This document shows positions 10,241 to 23,530 of a stretch of DNA of 64,000 bases, piece by piece; the first letter of the stretch is position 1, and each line of letters opens with the position of its first letter. Source of the stretch: Callorhinchus milii (Eukaryota); contig NW_024704742.1 of assembly GCF_018977255.1 (NCBI RefSeq), positions 20,028,001 to 20,092,000 of the forward strand. The letters run 5' to 3'. Below the pieces are notes generated by a model. That model was not told where the DNA came from and made no database searches. It was given only the letters and a program-made list of their open reading frames with translations. A program made the translations under genes and the position numbers.

Positions 10241-11459
10241 CCCTCACACACTCTTGCTCTTGCCTTTGTTGAGTCCTGTCAAAAATATATTTGTTGATAT
10301 GTAGAATATAAATTGGGAGTCTCTGTGCACTGCTGATATTTATATATATATATATATATTGGTAAGCGAGGTTAGGCCCCTCTCGTCCCCATTAACAAAT
10401 TAAACCAATCGTGTTCCAACAACAACATCTTGCCTTTATAAAGCGCCCCCTCGTGTGGGGGCTTCATATTCTACAGGGGAGCGAGGGTTTGTCCCCGCTG
10501 ACAAGCCCTTCCCCCACAAACTCTCCAGGCCCCGAACTATCAAAGGACAGTGTGCACCCGATGCCTGTCTTTATGACCGCCCGAGCAGGTCAGGTGACCG
10601 GAATACCTCTCCGCTGTCCTCGGCTCCTGACGGTCTTGTGAACAGGAGTTTGCCAACAGCAACTTTACCAAAATAGGCAAAATCACAACCTGAGCCTCCC
10701 AACTGGCTTCTCCTCTGAGCGCTTGTGATCGCTGCAAAGGAAATGTTGCCCTCCCCCCCCCCCTCCCCCACCACCACCACCATTGCTGAATTTGGTTGAT
10801 TTCTGCTTATTTTCAGTTTATTGTTCTTTCTTACTTACAATATTTCACCATCTGATTAGACAGTACGATGAAATGTGCCACTGAATACAGCAGCAAAATG
10901 ATTCGGAGAGAAATCCCAGATATCCTGCTCACTCTTAGCCGGGTCTTATCTCGCGCTGAGTTCAGGGGCAATGGTTGCGCAAAATCCTTACTAATTTGGC
11001 ATTCATCAATGGCTGCTGCATTTGCCTACGTAAACAGCCGCTTCACTTGACAGTGGAGGGCTTTGAGATGTCCTGATGAGATAAGGTGCAATAAGTATGC
11101 AAGTTCTTTCTTAGATACCCAGCAGCGTATTTTATCTCTCTCATGTTAATAAGCTCTAGGTCAGCGCAGTAAATCTCCCAGGTACTTTTACACTTGATTT
11201 ATTTTACATTTAAGTATGTTTTGGAATTGGCTGCATTGAAATAGGAGATGACCTGATAGATACTTAAACAGGAATCATACTATGTGTTTACCATCTTTTT
11301 GAGATGGACACTAAAACCCCATTAAACCAGTGGGTGAGTCGAATCCACCACCCCATTGACACCTGATTTTTTGACTGGGAGATTAGAGTGGAGTGCAGCA
11401 AAACACTTTGCAGATGCTTTTTGCATTTTGTGTTTCCTGAGGAGTTAAAATTGTGACCT

Positions 11460-11810
11460 GTATAGCGCCTTTCATGTTGGGAGACGTCCCAAAACGCTGA
11501 ACAGTCGAGGATGTGCACCCGAGAAGGGGTTGGAATCAGGAGGGTGACCAAAAAGGCGAGGTCGAAGAGGAAAGTCTTGCGGTGGACTCTGAAGGAGGCA
11601 AGGGGGGTGTTGAGACGAAAGGCTTGGGGGATATTCCAAAGGGTGGAGGGGCAGTAAGGCTGAAGGCTCGAACACCGATGGCGGAATGGACAGGGCAGGG
11701 AACGTGGAGCATAGGGAGCGGACAGGCACATATGGGTTTGGCAGGTCACAGAGATAGGGAGGAGAGGAATAAGGCTATGATTTGAAAGCGAGGTCAAGGA
11801 TTTTGAACAC
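11460..11810 (-). mobile_element. L2 LINE 3' fragment
   Basis: Minus-strand translation PSTLWNIPQ...ASFRVHRKTFLF and L2-type tail. Confidence 0.8.
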
Positions 11811-12008
11811 TGTCAATCGATGTCTTCATTTAATGACTCCTTCCTCAAGGGTGATTTGTACCCCCTCCAAACCAACTCCATCACAATGTTGTGCCCGAAC
11901 CCAGACTGAAGTCAATATCTCTCTAACCAGCATATTATAACCCATCTTCGACCCCAACAAATCTGATGGAATCAAGTGAGGGTGGTGGGTGTGGGGGAAG
12001 ATTTGAGG

Positions 12009-12241
12009 TAGAATTGTCAATCCTCCAGGATGTTCCTGGAGCCTCTTAAAGATTAATCTCCTGGACACTGATGCGAGTTACTCGGAAGAAATTTTGTAGG
12101 GAATTATTGGGTCTTTTCAGGATATCATAGGGACTTTACGACTCTTCATGCTTTACGACACTACCGTAAAGTCGGTGCTGTCTCATTTTATGATAGCGGC
12201 CATTCCTCCCAGAATACGTTCGACCAGAGTTGGTGACCCTA
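12009..12241. mobile_element. possible decayed non-autonomous DNA transposon (TAGGGTTGCCAAC-type termini)
   Basis: Left end tagaattgtcaatcctccagga, right end gagttggtgacccta; terminal inverted repeat is degenerate. Confidence 0.35.
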
Positions 12242-14099
12242 ACTTGAGGATAATGACTCCCTCTCGCATGACCATCACCCCTCTCGAATCCAACCCCAGC
12301 TGGGGTCCACACCCCGACTGTCCAGGACTTTGAATGTTCACCTGACGTGACATGAAAAGTATCATAAACATGCAATTTGTTGTTGTTTTTGATGTAAATC
12401 AATAAAATGAAGACGTTGATTGGCTGCTTTGTTCAACACTGGTCACAATTTTAACCTCTTCTGAAACAAATGCCTTTAGGAGCACAAACAAATGTCTTCC
12501 TAAGGGAATAATTGATCTATTCATTTGAAGTAGTTATTTAACGGGTACATTTTTGCTGTAGTTTCTTAATGGATTTCTTAATTAAGAAAGACAAGTGGGG
12601 ACTCCTTCCAGTAATTGCAGCTCATAGCAAACACGCTCCCAAAACAGACTGTCAGAACAACGTCCCGAAAGTCGGTGTCACTGAATCCAGATTTCGTCAT
12701 CAAGAAATGCCACAAAATTGACTGCATGGTATGAAGACAATACTTCTTTCGTTGCTAGAATGCTGTGGATTCTGTGAGTCACTTTATAGTTGTGCTTTGA
12801 TTTGCTGCTGCAAACTGCCTGCTCCTGATGGTCAGAGACTGGCAGCCTGATTAAAAGGAAGGGAGCAATTCCATTGACCTTAATGTGGACTTTATTCATA
12901 TAAAGCAACACAGATCCAGTTTACTCCTTAATGCAACGGTACACAGTGAGTCAGCTGACTCCTGCGATGTCCTGGTGAAGTGACAGAGGAGGTTAGTGGT
13001 GACCTTTGCGGTCATTGCTACTTCAGTCTTACTGTTGGAGTGTCCCCACAGCCTGCCTGCTGGGCTCAGCACCTCTCATGCCCAGGTGGCTGGTGTTATT
13101 TCAGTGGCCCCAATGACTGGGTTCATACCTGCTGTGACTCGTGTGGCTCCTATGCCCCCCACAGGTCTGCTTCAACCTCTCCACCGTGGTATACCAACAA
13201 ATGGTTGATATAGTCTATTCATTCTTTTTTATATAGAGAGGCAAGTTATCATTGCAGTTCACCCAACATTGATTGCCGTCAGTCAGGAGCCAATGTACTG
13301 TTCACTATCTTAATATTAGGGTTAAACTTTGAGATATTTCGCCCACAAAATATACAGTCAATTCACTTTACAGTATATTCTGTGAAGCGCTTTGAGACGT
13401 CTCGAAGACGTGATAAAGCACCATTCACGTTTCAAATAGCATTATGGGCTCTTTAACATTCACCCAAACATGGAACGTCAACTTCTCAGAATATAAATAC
13501 CTGTTACTGCAAATTAATTGAGACATTTGTCATTTTCACTCTTAACAGTGATTTACTGTATCTCACTTTAATACCGCTGGGTTTTCCTGAACTACTGAAA
13601 TATAGCTCCAGATTAATGGGAAATAAGGCATGTTTACCTTAAATAGTATTAAAAATGATTTCTGGACAGCACTTTAGAAATACAGCTTGAGAATGACAGA
13701 ATCATATTTATAGCCCTATGATAAGAAATCGGCAGTAAAACTATCTTCTTTGGGTAAATTGATACAAAATGCCCTTAATTTTATGACAAGTTGACGAAAA
13801 GGTGAAAATATTTCTAGTTTCTGAAATCCAATATTCTCCACACAAAGGGATTCTGTCAGTGCAATCAAATCCTCCGAAAGCTGGACAGGCTGTATTTTGT
13901 GTTGTGTAATGCCGTAAATAAAAGCCTTAATCTTTCTTTTGTGAGCGCCTCAGAGGTTGACAGTCGGTGCTTTCACGGACTCTCTGGCTCTCAAGAAAAT
14001 GAACAATTTAAACTGCTATGGAAATAGGAGGGACGAGGCTGCTGTTTTATCCTCTCCAGTCAGTAAAAAAAATCCTGGCATTTGCTTTTGTCCTCAATG

Positions 14100-14390
14100 T
14101 CAAAACAACAGGGGCATAAATAGAAGCTAGCCTGTGGCAAGGAAATTAAGAAGAACCTTTATATACAGATGGTGATGAAAATGTGGAACTTGCTGCCAGA
14201 AGCTGTGATTGAAGCAAAAAGCATTAACATATTTAAGAGGAAACTTGATGCATACATGAGTGAGAAAGGAATAGAGGTGCAAAAGAGAGGGGGAGAGGGA
14301 AATATGAGGGATGGGGGCTTGTGTAGAGTATTAGCACCTGCATGGTCTAGTTGGATGGAAAGCCATGTATCCTAATAACGTTCTATGTAA
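14100..14390 (+). mobile_element. CR1 LINE 3' end
   Basis: TRGH-like motif then WNLLPEAVIEAKSINIFKRKLDAYM, typical of the CR1 ORF2 C-terminus. Confidence 0.85.
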
Positions 14391-15756
14391 TTTGACACTA
14401 CTTGTTGAGAACATTATCCTTTTGCTGAGGTAAAATAAAAGCATTGTCCTTTAGCACAGACTGAGAGAAGATTTGCAAATTCAGGATGAAAGTTCCTTCG
14501 TAATGACACTCTGGCAATTAATTAAGAGCAGCATTTAATGGCAAAAGATATGAAGGACTTATTCAAGTGCTGTGTACGAACAACCTCTGGCCCTGATGGT
14601 GTGCAAGGGGACTGACATCATATCACAGTTTGGGTCCTATTCTCAATCAGAAAATTGTAAGGGCAATCTCCAGAGATACTATTGCCTTCTGCTGCTTGTA
14701 AGCTATTTCACACTGTATGGGTATGCAAAAGTGTTCCTCAGGAACGTGGTAATGTTATTGATACCTTGCTGCAGAAAATAAGCAGCTCACAGTGTAAATG
14801 GCACCTCCAGCAGGAAAGCCAGTTGCATCACCTCACACAGACCCTGAGACCTGGGCTCTGAATTGATCTGGGTTCAGACCCGAGGTCTTGCGAATTGGTA
14901 TAGATGTTGCTCCCAGCTGGAGATGCAGTTTCCACTGTGAGGTGCTCTTTCCAAATAGTGAGATGCCAACATCACTGTCGATATTCTCCGCAGCACTTTT
15001 TCACCCCCTGATGTTCATGTAATGTCCTATTTATAGCAGTGAGCAGGAGATAATCACTTGCCTCCCATTTGTCACTATAAACGGCACAATTGGTCTTTAA
15101 AACCCACGGAGAGCGGCAGGAGTGCAGCTTTCCCTCCAGTATAAACAAAAGATTCTGCCTCCTCGAGGCTGACCTTTACCTGGATGAGGAAACACCACTT
15201 GTGCGCCTTGTTTTTTCGTGGGTCCTCGGCACCTTCCAATGTGTGGATCCCTGCCTGATCCTCAATGATATTTATTTAATTTTTTTTACAGTAAGATTGT
15301 GAATTCTTTTTCAGGTGAAGATAAAATACGTGCAGAAAATCCCGTGGGTACACTTCAGCGCAGAGATTCGGCGTACTTTCTTTGCCACATTATTTCACAT
15401 TTCCATTTCACATACTTTTATTGCAAAGCCCTGCCCAGATGAGCTCTCTGAGTGAATGGGGAATATCCACTACCTGAACTCAACTAAAATGAATCCGGCA
15501 GCTGATGTTGAAAGTGGTTTTGGCTGTCACACTCCATGTCTATTATCCATTTCCTGGGAGTCAGGCAATTTGTAGAAAGCAGATAAATTGCATTCCCTGG
15601 AGGAACCCATTTCATGGGCACAATTTTATTCTGTGAGTGGTACAATGGCAATCCTGGCATCACCAAGATTCTGTACTTAGTCACTGCTATCAATTATACA
15701 TTATCTGCGTTACTCCAATGCTTTCCTACATGTTTATATATGTGTAGGGAGATACT

Positions 15757-15990
15757 CAGTCATTCTCAGCTCTGTGTGTGTGTATGTGACTCAGCTGTGT
15801 GTGTGTGTGTGTGTCTATGTGACTCTCAGCTGTGTGTGTGTAATTCTCAGCAACGTGTGTGTGTGTGATTCTCAGCAATGTGTGTGTGTATATGATTCTC
15901 AGCTGTGTATGTATGTGTATGACTCTCAGCTGTGTGTGTGTGTGTGTGATTCTCAGCTGTGTGTATCACTCTCAGCTGTGTGTGTATTGG
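15757..15990. repeat. compound repeat: ~9 units of ctcagc + (TG)n + gatt/gact
   Basis: Visible tandem units with variable TG tract length. Confidence 0.9.
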
Positions 15991-16674
15991 ATGGAAGGGT
16001 GTGTGGATTAGCCCTGTCATTGTGGCAGCATATAAAAAAAATCAATTCAGGAGTGTACTTTTAAAGGTTATGGCTTTCATTTAGTCTTGGGTCTGTGGTG
16101 CTTTGCTGTGTGGAAGGAGAACCTGGACAGACATGTGCAGTGTGTAGATACGAGGCAACTCTGACATCACTAATTCCCCAGCATCTCCCTCAGTTCAGCA
16201 CGGAGGTGTCAGCTTAGGTTACAGTTCAATCTAGAGTATAGAGTACGAATCCAAAACCTTCCGACCCAGAGGTAAGACTGCTGTCACCTGAGCCAAAGTG
16301 GGTGGAGTGAAATCTGCAGTTGAATCAATGTGGGGAGGGAATGGGCTTCAGTGTTGGTTACATTAATAATAATAATCCTTGCATTTGATATAGTGCCTTC
16401 TCACATCTTCACTAATTTATCATTATCACTTCTATCACACAGAAGTTACTTTGTTTATTGGTGAACTGCCTGGCATCCTTTTTTTAAAGAAGATGAATGG
16501 ATTTGTAACATTTTCTAAAAATATTTGTTTTTAGAGTCTGATTCTAGAGGGAAAAAGTGACACAGGCCCATAAGGAGAGAGGAATATGCACAGTCAACAG
16601 GAATAGAAATAGACAGAGCCCCAAAGGGGTCCATTTTATGAACCTGGGATTCACATAATTATTCTTGCATGATC

Positions 16675-17160
16675 AACAACAACAAAATTACATTTGTACA
16701 GCACCTTCCGCATCAGGAGGAAATCGTAAGGCGCTGCACAATCAATGTTTTGGATTTGAGCTAGGCTCGGGAGAGTGGAGGGCCGGGGGGTGGGGAAGGA
16801 GGGTGATTGAAGGCACAGTCGAAGAGGAGGGTCTTGAGATAGGTCTTGAAGGAGTCAAGGGAAAGGGCGAGGTGAAGCGACTGTGGGCTGGAGATCCAAA
16901 GGGTAGGGTCAGAGTGGCTGAAGGCCGCTAATGGTGGGGCAGGCGAGGCCGTGTTCATGAAGCAGGCTGAGCTGAGTGGAGGGAATGGGCAGGTTGGTGG
17001 GGGTTTAGGAGGTTGCAAAGGTAATGGGGAGCAAGGCCATGGAGTGCTTTGAAGGTGAGGACCAAGATTTTGAACTGTATCCTCTGTGTGATGGGAAGCC
17101 AGTGGATTCAGGCGAGGTTGGGGGTGATAGGGTCACAGAGCCTGGTGTAGGAAAGGACGT
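16675..17160 (-). mobile_element. L2 LINE 3' fragment
   Basis: AFSHSDPTLW...SFKTYLKTLLF on the minus strand; (CAA)n tail. Confidence 0.88.
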
Positions 17161-18317
17161 TCAATATGGTCAATAAATGGAGCAAAATGTGATTGAAAGT
17201 CTCTCCTTATTTGGTGTTACAACCTTGTTAGTTTTTCCCCAACTGTCTGGTAAGCTTTCTTGTTGCTTGTCCAGCTAGGACTATCCTACCCATCAGGAGT
17301 TTGGCTTGCAGAGGTAACTGGAGCTGAGTGGGAAGAATCCTTACTTCCAATGATTGAGGCATATTGTGCTAATTAGCACAAGGAATGAATATTTCCATAA
17401 TTTTGCATGTGATGAGGGAAAGCAGATTTTTGGAGAAGTTGGAACTTATGGACTGTGCAAAAGGTGAGACCACGAGAAGGTAAAAAAGAATGAATAAAAA
17501 TGTTGGCGACATTTGGTATGAGATACGTGAGCAATGTGGTAGAGGTGAAGAACAGCAAGCCTAATCAGGGACTGAAAAGGAAGTGGATTTGTACTAAATA
17601 GAGCTGTTGAAAGTTACCTTGTGCGTTACACACCACACGGAGTGGTACTAGAGCTCAGGAGTTCCTGCCACTTTCATCTCCTCCTAGAATCATCAGCAAG
17701 GGTAAACAGATGTTACATAGCCAGCACAAACCTGCTGGTAATGCTGGCCTGAAACAGACCATTGACATAGCTAATAGAGATAGCTAATTGGAAGAATTTA
17801 CACACACACACATATTGGTGCAGTAGAGATGTTGTTTAGGGGAGTAAAGGTCACAAGGCATTTGCAGAATTCACCAAAGCAGGACAAGGGTCTTGAGAGA
17901 ACGTTCAAATTGAACCCCTGCAAATTGATGCAGCAATTGATGCTTCTCCAACTCTCTGTCTATCTCTTTATTGGAGTTTATAATGCCACGTCAGTCATAG
18001 TGTAAAATGGAAAGGTTAAAGAAGAAAGGCAAATAAAGTGATTCAATGATAGCAATGAGCAACAGAGCAGAGAGATAAGAGCTCTCTTGGTGCTATGATA
18101 TCAATTGTGTATTCTTACAGTGTCTGGGTGAGGTATGAAGGAACAAATGATTCTTGCTGGATACTCGGGAGGCAAAAGTTAAGCAAGTTGTGCAGTCGAG
18201 TGACTACATGGAGATTTGAATTACAAAGAGATTTGTAGAGCTCTAGTTAAAAAGGGACTCATTTCTTTAGTCTCGTCCCCATGTCCAGCAGTTGATGAAA
18301 AATTTGTCTGGTAACAT

Positions 18318-18640
18318 TACAACAACAAGAAGCATTTATATATCCCCTTCACACAGGGTAGGGTCTTGGAGAGCTTAGCAGTAGTGGAGCTTAACACCAA
18401 GTCAAGGAGAGAGGGGAGTTGACCATAGGCACAGCTGAAGAGGAAGGTGTTCAGGTGGAGACGGACAAGAAGGGGACAAGGTGGAGGGATTGAGGCAGTA
18501 AGTTTCAAGGTCTCGGGAGTTGTGACTGACCGCATGGCCGCTGATAGCGGAGCGGAGTGGACAAGGGACATGTAGGAGGTTGGATCCAGCTGACCGTAGA
18601 GGAGTGTGGTGTAAACAGATCGGAGAGATAGCGAGGTGCA
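18318..18640 (-). mobile_element. L2 LINE 3' fragment
   Basis: (CAA)n tail and L2 C-terminal remnant. Confidence 0.75.
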
Positions 18641-18781
18641 AAACATTAATATCAATCAGCTTGTTTAAACAAAAATGGAACCAGGTTAAAAACAGTTAAG
18701 ACAACGGGAATGTAATATGTGTTACGATATGTGGCATATGTCACTCTGTCCCTGGATGGTCACATCCTGCTTATGTAATTC

Positions 18782-19520
18782 CAACAACAACAAATCACAT
18801 TTGTATTTAGCACCTTTCATGTTGGGAGGACATCCCAAGGAGTGGGACAATCAAGGACCTGGACTTGAGTTGATGGTTGGGATCAGTGGGGGTGGAGAGC
18901 AGGGAAGCTAGGGTAGGAGCGTGGTTAAAGGCGCGGTCAAAGAGGAGGGTCTTGAGAAGTACCTTGAATGAGGCAAGGGAGGAGTTCCAAAGGGTGGGGA
19001 CAGAAAGGCTGAAGGCCCGAGTACCAATTGTTGGGTGGACTGGGTGGTGGACGTGGAGCAGGCCACAGTCTGCTGAGTGGAGGGAGCACACAGGTTGACA
19101 TGGGGTCAGTATATCACAGAGGTAGCAAGGAGCAAGACCATGGAGGGCCTTGAAGGTGAGGATGAGGATTTTGAATTATCCTCTGGGGGATGGGGTGCCA
19201 GTGGAACCGGACGAGGATGGGGGGTTTGAGTCACGGAGCCCGGTACGGGAGAGGACACGAGCTACAGAGTTCTGGATGATCTGCAGCTTGTGGAGGGAAG
19301 AGTTGGGAAGATCGACAAGCTAGGAGTTGGCATAGTCGAGCCTGGGTGTGATAATTGTGTGGATGGGGGTTTTGCTGTCATTAGAGAGGCAGTGGCGGAG
19401 CCGGGGGATGTTGCGGAGGTGGGGACAGCAGAGCGGGTCATGGCACAGATGTGGGAAAGAAAGGACAGTTGAGAGTCAAGCAAGATGCCAAGGTTCCAGA
19501 CTGGCTCGGTGAGGTGGAAA
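18782..19520 (-). mobile_element. L2 LINE 3' fragment
   Basis: GTRAFSLSVPTLWNS...FKVLLKTLLF; LDSQLSFLSHI; (CAA)n tail. Confidence 0.9.
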
Positions 19521-22500
19521 CAATTACCACAAACAATTTTTTGACTGCTTTAGTTGCAACATTGCGAAGGTCTGCAACACCCCTTCATATTTTCCTGCAG
19601 AGATTGGTTCTCAGTAAGATTCGTGCTGTTAATTGAACTTGCTTGAGTTCCACGTGCTTTGATTCGTAGCCATCTGTGTTTTCGGACATTGGCCTCTGCC
19701 ATGAGGCAGCAACCATCAATGACTCGCTCAGCTTTGCTGAGTTCAAATTGACAATACTCTTTGTGCATCTGCACTCTCGAGCAACCCTGAATACCGAGCA
19801 GCGGGACAAAAAGCAAGGAACTCGATATCATCTGCCCCTTTAAATGTTAGTCAGCTCCGAAAACGTAGCCTTGTTTACTGTGAGTTCACTCATGTGTAAT
19901 TAGCCTTGAAATAATGAACTTCACTTGGTAAGATAGGTTCCTGTCTCTTGTGGCTTTACTGCCAATGTATTGCTCTGGAGAGTCTCTGGGGTCTCCTTTG
20001 CATTACACCCTCTTTCTGTGACCCCTCTGTCACCTTCGTCGATTTGAAATAATGATCACATCACATTCTGTTATTTAGGGAGGATAACATAGGAACATTT
20101 TGTTTCCCTCCTACAACAAGTCGATAGATTTTGCTCAGTGCAGGGATCTCATTAATTAATAATCCAATGCATTCATTATTATGAGGGTGTTTGTTTACTG
20201 GGCTCTTCTGCAGTTTCCAGTGTAGCTGCTTACAGCATGTTAAATACTGTAGTGAAAAGGTACTGCCGTTTCCTCTAAGAGACAGTCTGTAAAAGGCAAA
20301 TACTTTGTACCTTTTAAGATAATAAGATAATAAAATACAGTAGGTTTTTTCTTATCCATTAAGGGAAAAACACATACTAAGTGCTACTGAACCTATTTTG
20401 CAACTGTATATTTCCTATTAATAACCTGAAGATTAAATTCCAGTTATATTCTACTGACTACCGCAAATCCAATCTTTCAAGGATTTCTGTGTGTAGACTG
20501 AGAGGATCATTTTGATTGACAGCAAAGGGTTTCCAGTATCAGAGAACTCATAGAAGTGGTTATCCCTTTGACTGTCTTTTAGTCTCTACTTCCTCTTCAG
20601 AGAACATTAGGTGTGAATTGATCCTCATCCTAAAAAGCTCACCTCTGACACTGCAACATACTGCATTAGAGTGTTGTGAGTTCAAAGACGCGACGTGGGA
20701 CTCGAACCCACAACCTTTTGACTGAAGGTATTTGGTTATGGTCTGACCATGTTAGGGTCCACTTCTCAATGATGTGATAACACCAGTATTAATGAACACA
20801 ACACAAATGGCAATTTTCACCTCTTAGAAAACAAGTTTTCAGGTACTTCCAAAAACCCAGTGGCCAACAACTGTACCTCAGCTTTGCACCTGGCCGAGGT
20901 ACTCTTGCATTGAGAGACTTAATGTTTTGGTTTCTCTTTCATTATATCACTCTTCCCCACAGTTTGGCCTTGTGCTTAACCTATTCCTTTGCTTCCAGCA
21001 GACTTGATGCAAATGCACACGTCTGAATAGGCCATAACCTGTTCAGATACAGCAGTGTGTGTAATTACCTCAACAGGTTGATTAATGCAGAGCTCTGTCT
21101 CTAACTTTGTTAGGAAGAGCAGAGTGTACCATTGGAGCCAAGCACAGCTGCTCCTTCCTGGACTGTGCGAGAGAGGGGAAGGAAATTTGTATTGTTGAAA
21201 ATGTCAACTTGTTACAAATCCACTCAACACAGATGACAGATATAATTTGAAACATGCCACCAGGAATTGGTTTGAAAATCTAATCCTTCGAGAAACCTAG
21301 CAGCTTGATTCTCCCCTTGGCGAAAAGACACTAATGCTATTTGCAGCAGTGCAAATGTAATTTATCTCTGGTGCAAGTATAAGAAGTGTAGGCAAATACA
21401 ATTATAATCCCTCTCCCCTCCATGCCGGGCTGTGCAGAGTGTGCAAGCCAATAGAAGTCTGGGCAATTCACTCTGCTATTTCCCTCTCCTTTCTGGGCCA
21501 AAGGCTAGTCTGCAGAAAGGAACATGTTATAATTCTTCCGAAGTTTGTGCTTATCACTGGGCAGATTCAAAATATAGTTTTTGACAGTTTTTGTCATTAA
21601 AAAGAAACCCAAAGAAGGTTTCGTAGAATGAGGCTCCTGTCCCTATTACAATAGCTGGACATCAGTAAGAGGATTTCACCAAACCAAATACATTGTTCTT
21701 TTAACCTCAAAGTGGTAGTGAGCTGCTGACTGAGATTCCACTCTGACACAGTCTTGCAACTTTTCATGATTCTTATTCAAATTATTTAAATTTTAAGAAC
21801 ATAGCCTGGAAATGACCTGGAGTGACAACAAAGGAGCCACTGAAATTTCCTTAACCATTTAATTACAAGATTCACTTGATTTTACACCACCAATAACAGC
21901 AATTTGCATTTATATAGTGCCATTCACATTGGAATGGAATGGGAGCCCAAACAAGACAGGAGATGAAGGGAGGGGGGAGTGGGATTTGATAGAAAGGTAC
22001 AGTCAAAGAGGTAGGTTTTTAGAAGGGGTAAGTTTTGAAAGCAGATCCCTTGTTTGTTGCAATAATTGAGTATTCACAGGGAGAAAATATTTCACCCTCC
22101 CTCCGTTCCACAAACATTCATCGAAAGCGCATTCTTCTTTTCCAAATACATTTCAGGTATAGCAGGAGCCGGTGATTTTAATATTTGAACAGTTTAGTTG
22201 TTGAACAGCAATTTGCCAGAGAGCTTGCGTTGCTGAGGAGACAGCCTTGCGCAGGTGCTGCCTGGTAGCATCAAATGTATATGGTGCTGGCGTGAGGGCT
22301 TGATGAAATTTGCCCCTGGGTGTTTGTTAAACAATTAATAGAGAATCTGTTGGCTGAATTAGGTCACAGCTGCAATTATGCCGCTGAAGAACAGGCTCAA
22401 TGCATCTTGTTGAATTAGATGAATTTTAACGTTCTACGTAGGATATGATCTCTGCTGATTTAGCAGATACCCTAGCAACTGTCTTGTTGCTAATGTAGGA

Positions 22501-22750
22501 GTTGTTTTGCTGGGAATTGCTAACCACTTGGCAGATGTAGAACACTGACAAACAAGGCTGAGACTTTAATGCACTCTTTATATGTAATTTATCAATTTAT
22601 GTAAAGCACCCTCAGTGTTCAGCTAGTTCCAGAGGTTGAGACAGGAAACCACAGCTGGCTATTTAGGCATGTATAAGTAAATACTCCTGACTAAAGTGTA
22701 CAGATAACTAGATTTATAGACAATTAAAAACCAATAACAATAGGCCCGTG

Positions 22751-22925
22751 TGTTGCGAATCTGTCGTCACTCCCAATAAAAGGGGGACGACAGGGGTATA
22801 AGACCCACCTTGGAACTGGGCCCTGCAAAGGGCAGCGAACCCCGAGGAGGGGAAGCCTTGATCCCTCCACCAAAGTGGAGTGCACAGAGGCAACCCTCTC
22901 GCCACAAGGGGTCGGGTCTGTAACA
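22751..22925. mobile_element. short LTR-like segment (TG...CA)
   Basis: tgttgcgaa...ctgtaaca ends; GC/CpG-rich against AT-rich flanks; internal hairpins; no TSD found. Confidence 0.4.
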
Positions 22926-23052
22926 GGATAATAACGAGTTGTGTTCTTTTCTTTCTGTAAAGGCAATTGTTTTTTTGAGATTAGTGTAAATATATATTCA
23001 ATCCACAAATAAATATACGTTTTGTTAAAAAGAAAATCAAAACCAATATCAG

Positions 23053-23177
23053 ATGGCTTCTCGGCCTTTTGGCTAATACGATCAAGTGTATTTCGACACC
23101 TTGGGATGTCCTCCCGACGTGAAGGACGCTATAGAAATGTAATTTTGTTGTTGTTGTAGTGTCTGTGTTCATCAGTT
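23053..23177 (+). pseudogene. RNU2: U2 snRNA 5' fragment (about nt 1-55) interrupted by an L2 3' tail
   Basis: atggcttctcggccttttggctaa(tac)gatcaagtgta [insert] tgtagtgtctgtgttcatcagtt versus U2 ATCGCTTCTCGGCCTTTTGGCTAAGATCAAGTGTAGTATCTGTTCTTATCAGTT. Confidence 0.88.
23091..23154 (+). mobile_element. very short L2 3' tail insertion, tgta duplicated
   Basis: ccttgggatgtcctcccgacgtgaa...aaatgtaattttgttgttg matches the L2 tails at 36590 and 51040. Confidence 0.85.
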
Positions 23178-23530
23178 ACACCTTGGGCTTTGCCTATGCC
23201 AGAAAACTCTCCTTTTGAGGTTCACTAGTGTATTACACAGCCACGACCAAAAGTCTTCATAATGCAATATGGGATAATGAGCACCTGGAAGGTAGCTACG
23301 CCTTTGACCCACTGTTGGCTGCGTTATTGCAGTACTTCTGATCTGAGGATTTTGATCCGCCCTCACAAAGAGGAGTAAAGGTACTAGAATATATAGAACT
23401 AGCTTGAGCACTTGGTCACCAGGCTCAGGCCGGGTATGCCTGGGCTGGAGAGGTGATCTGGTCACCTGACTTGCTTGTGAAGACAAGAATCAGGTCCGCA
23501 TTGTCCTTTGACGATTTGGGATCCAGAGTG

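Noticed and set aside
12980..13213. GC-rich 70-77 aa ORFs as a coding exon
   Set aside because: No recognisable domain or convincing splice-site pair
23053..23177. Functional U2 snRNA gene
   Set aside because: Truncated and interrupted; no Sm site and no recognisable PSE
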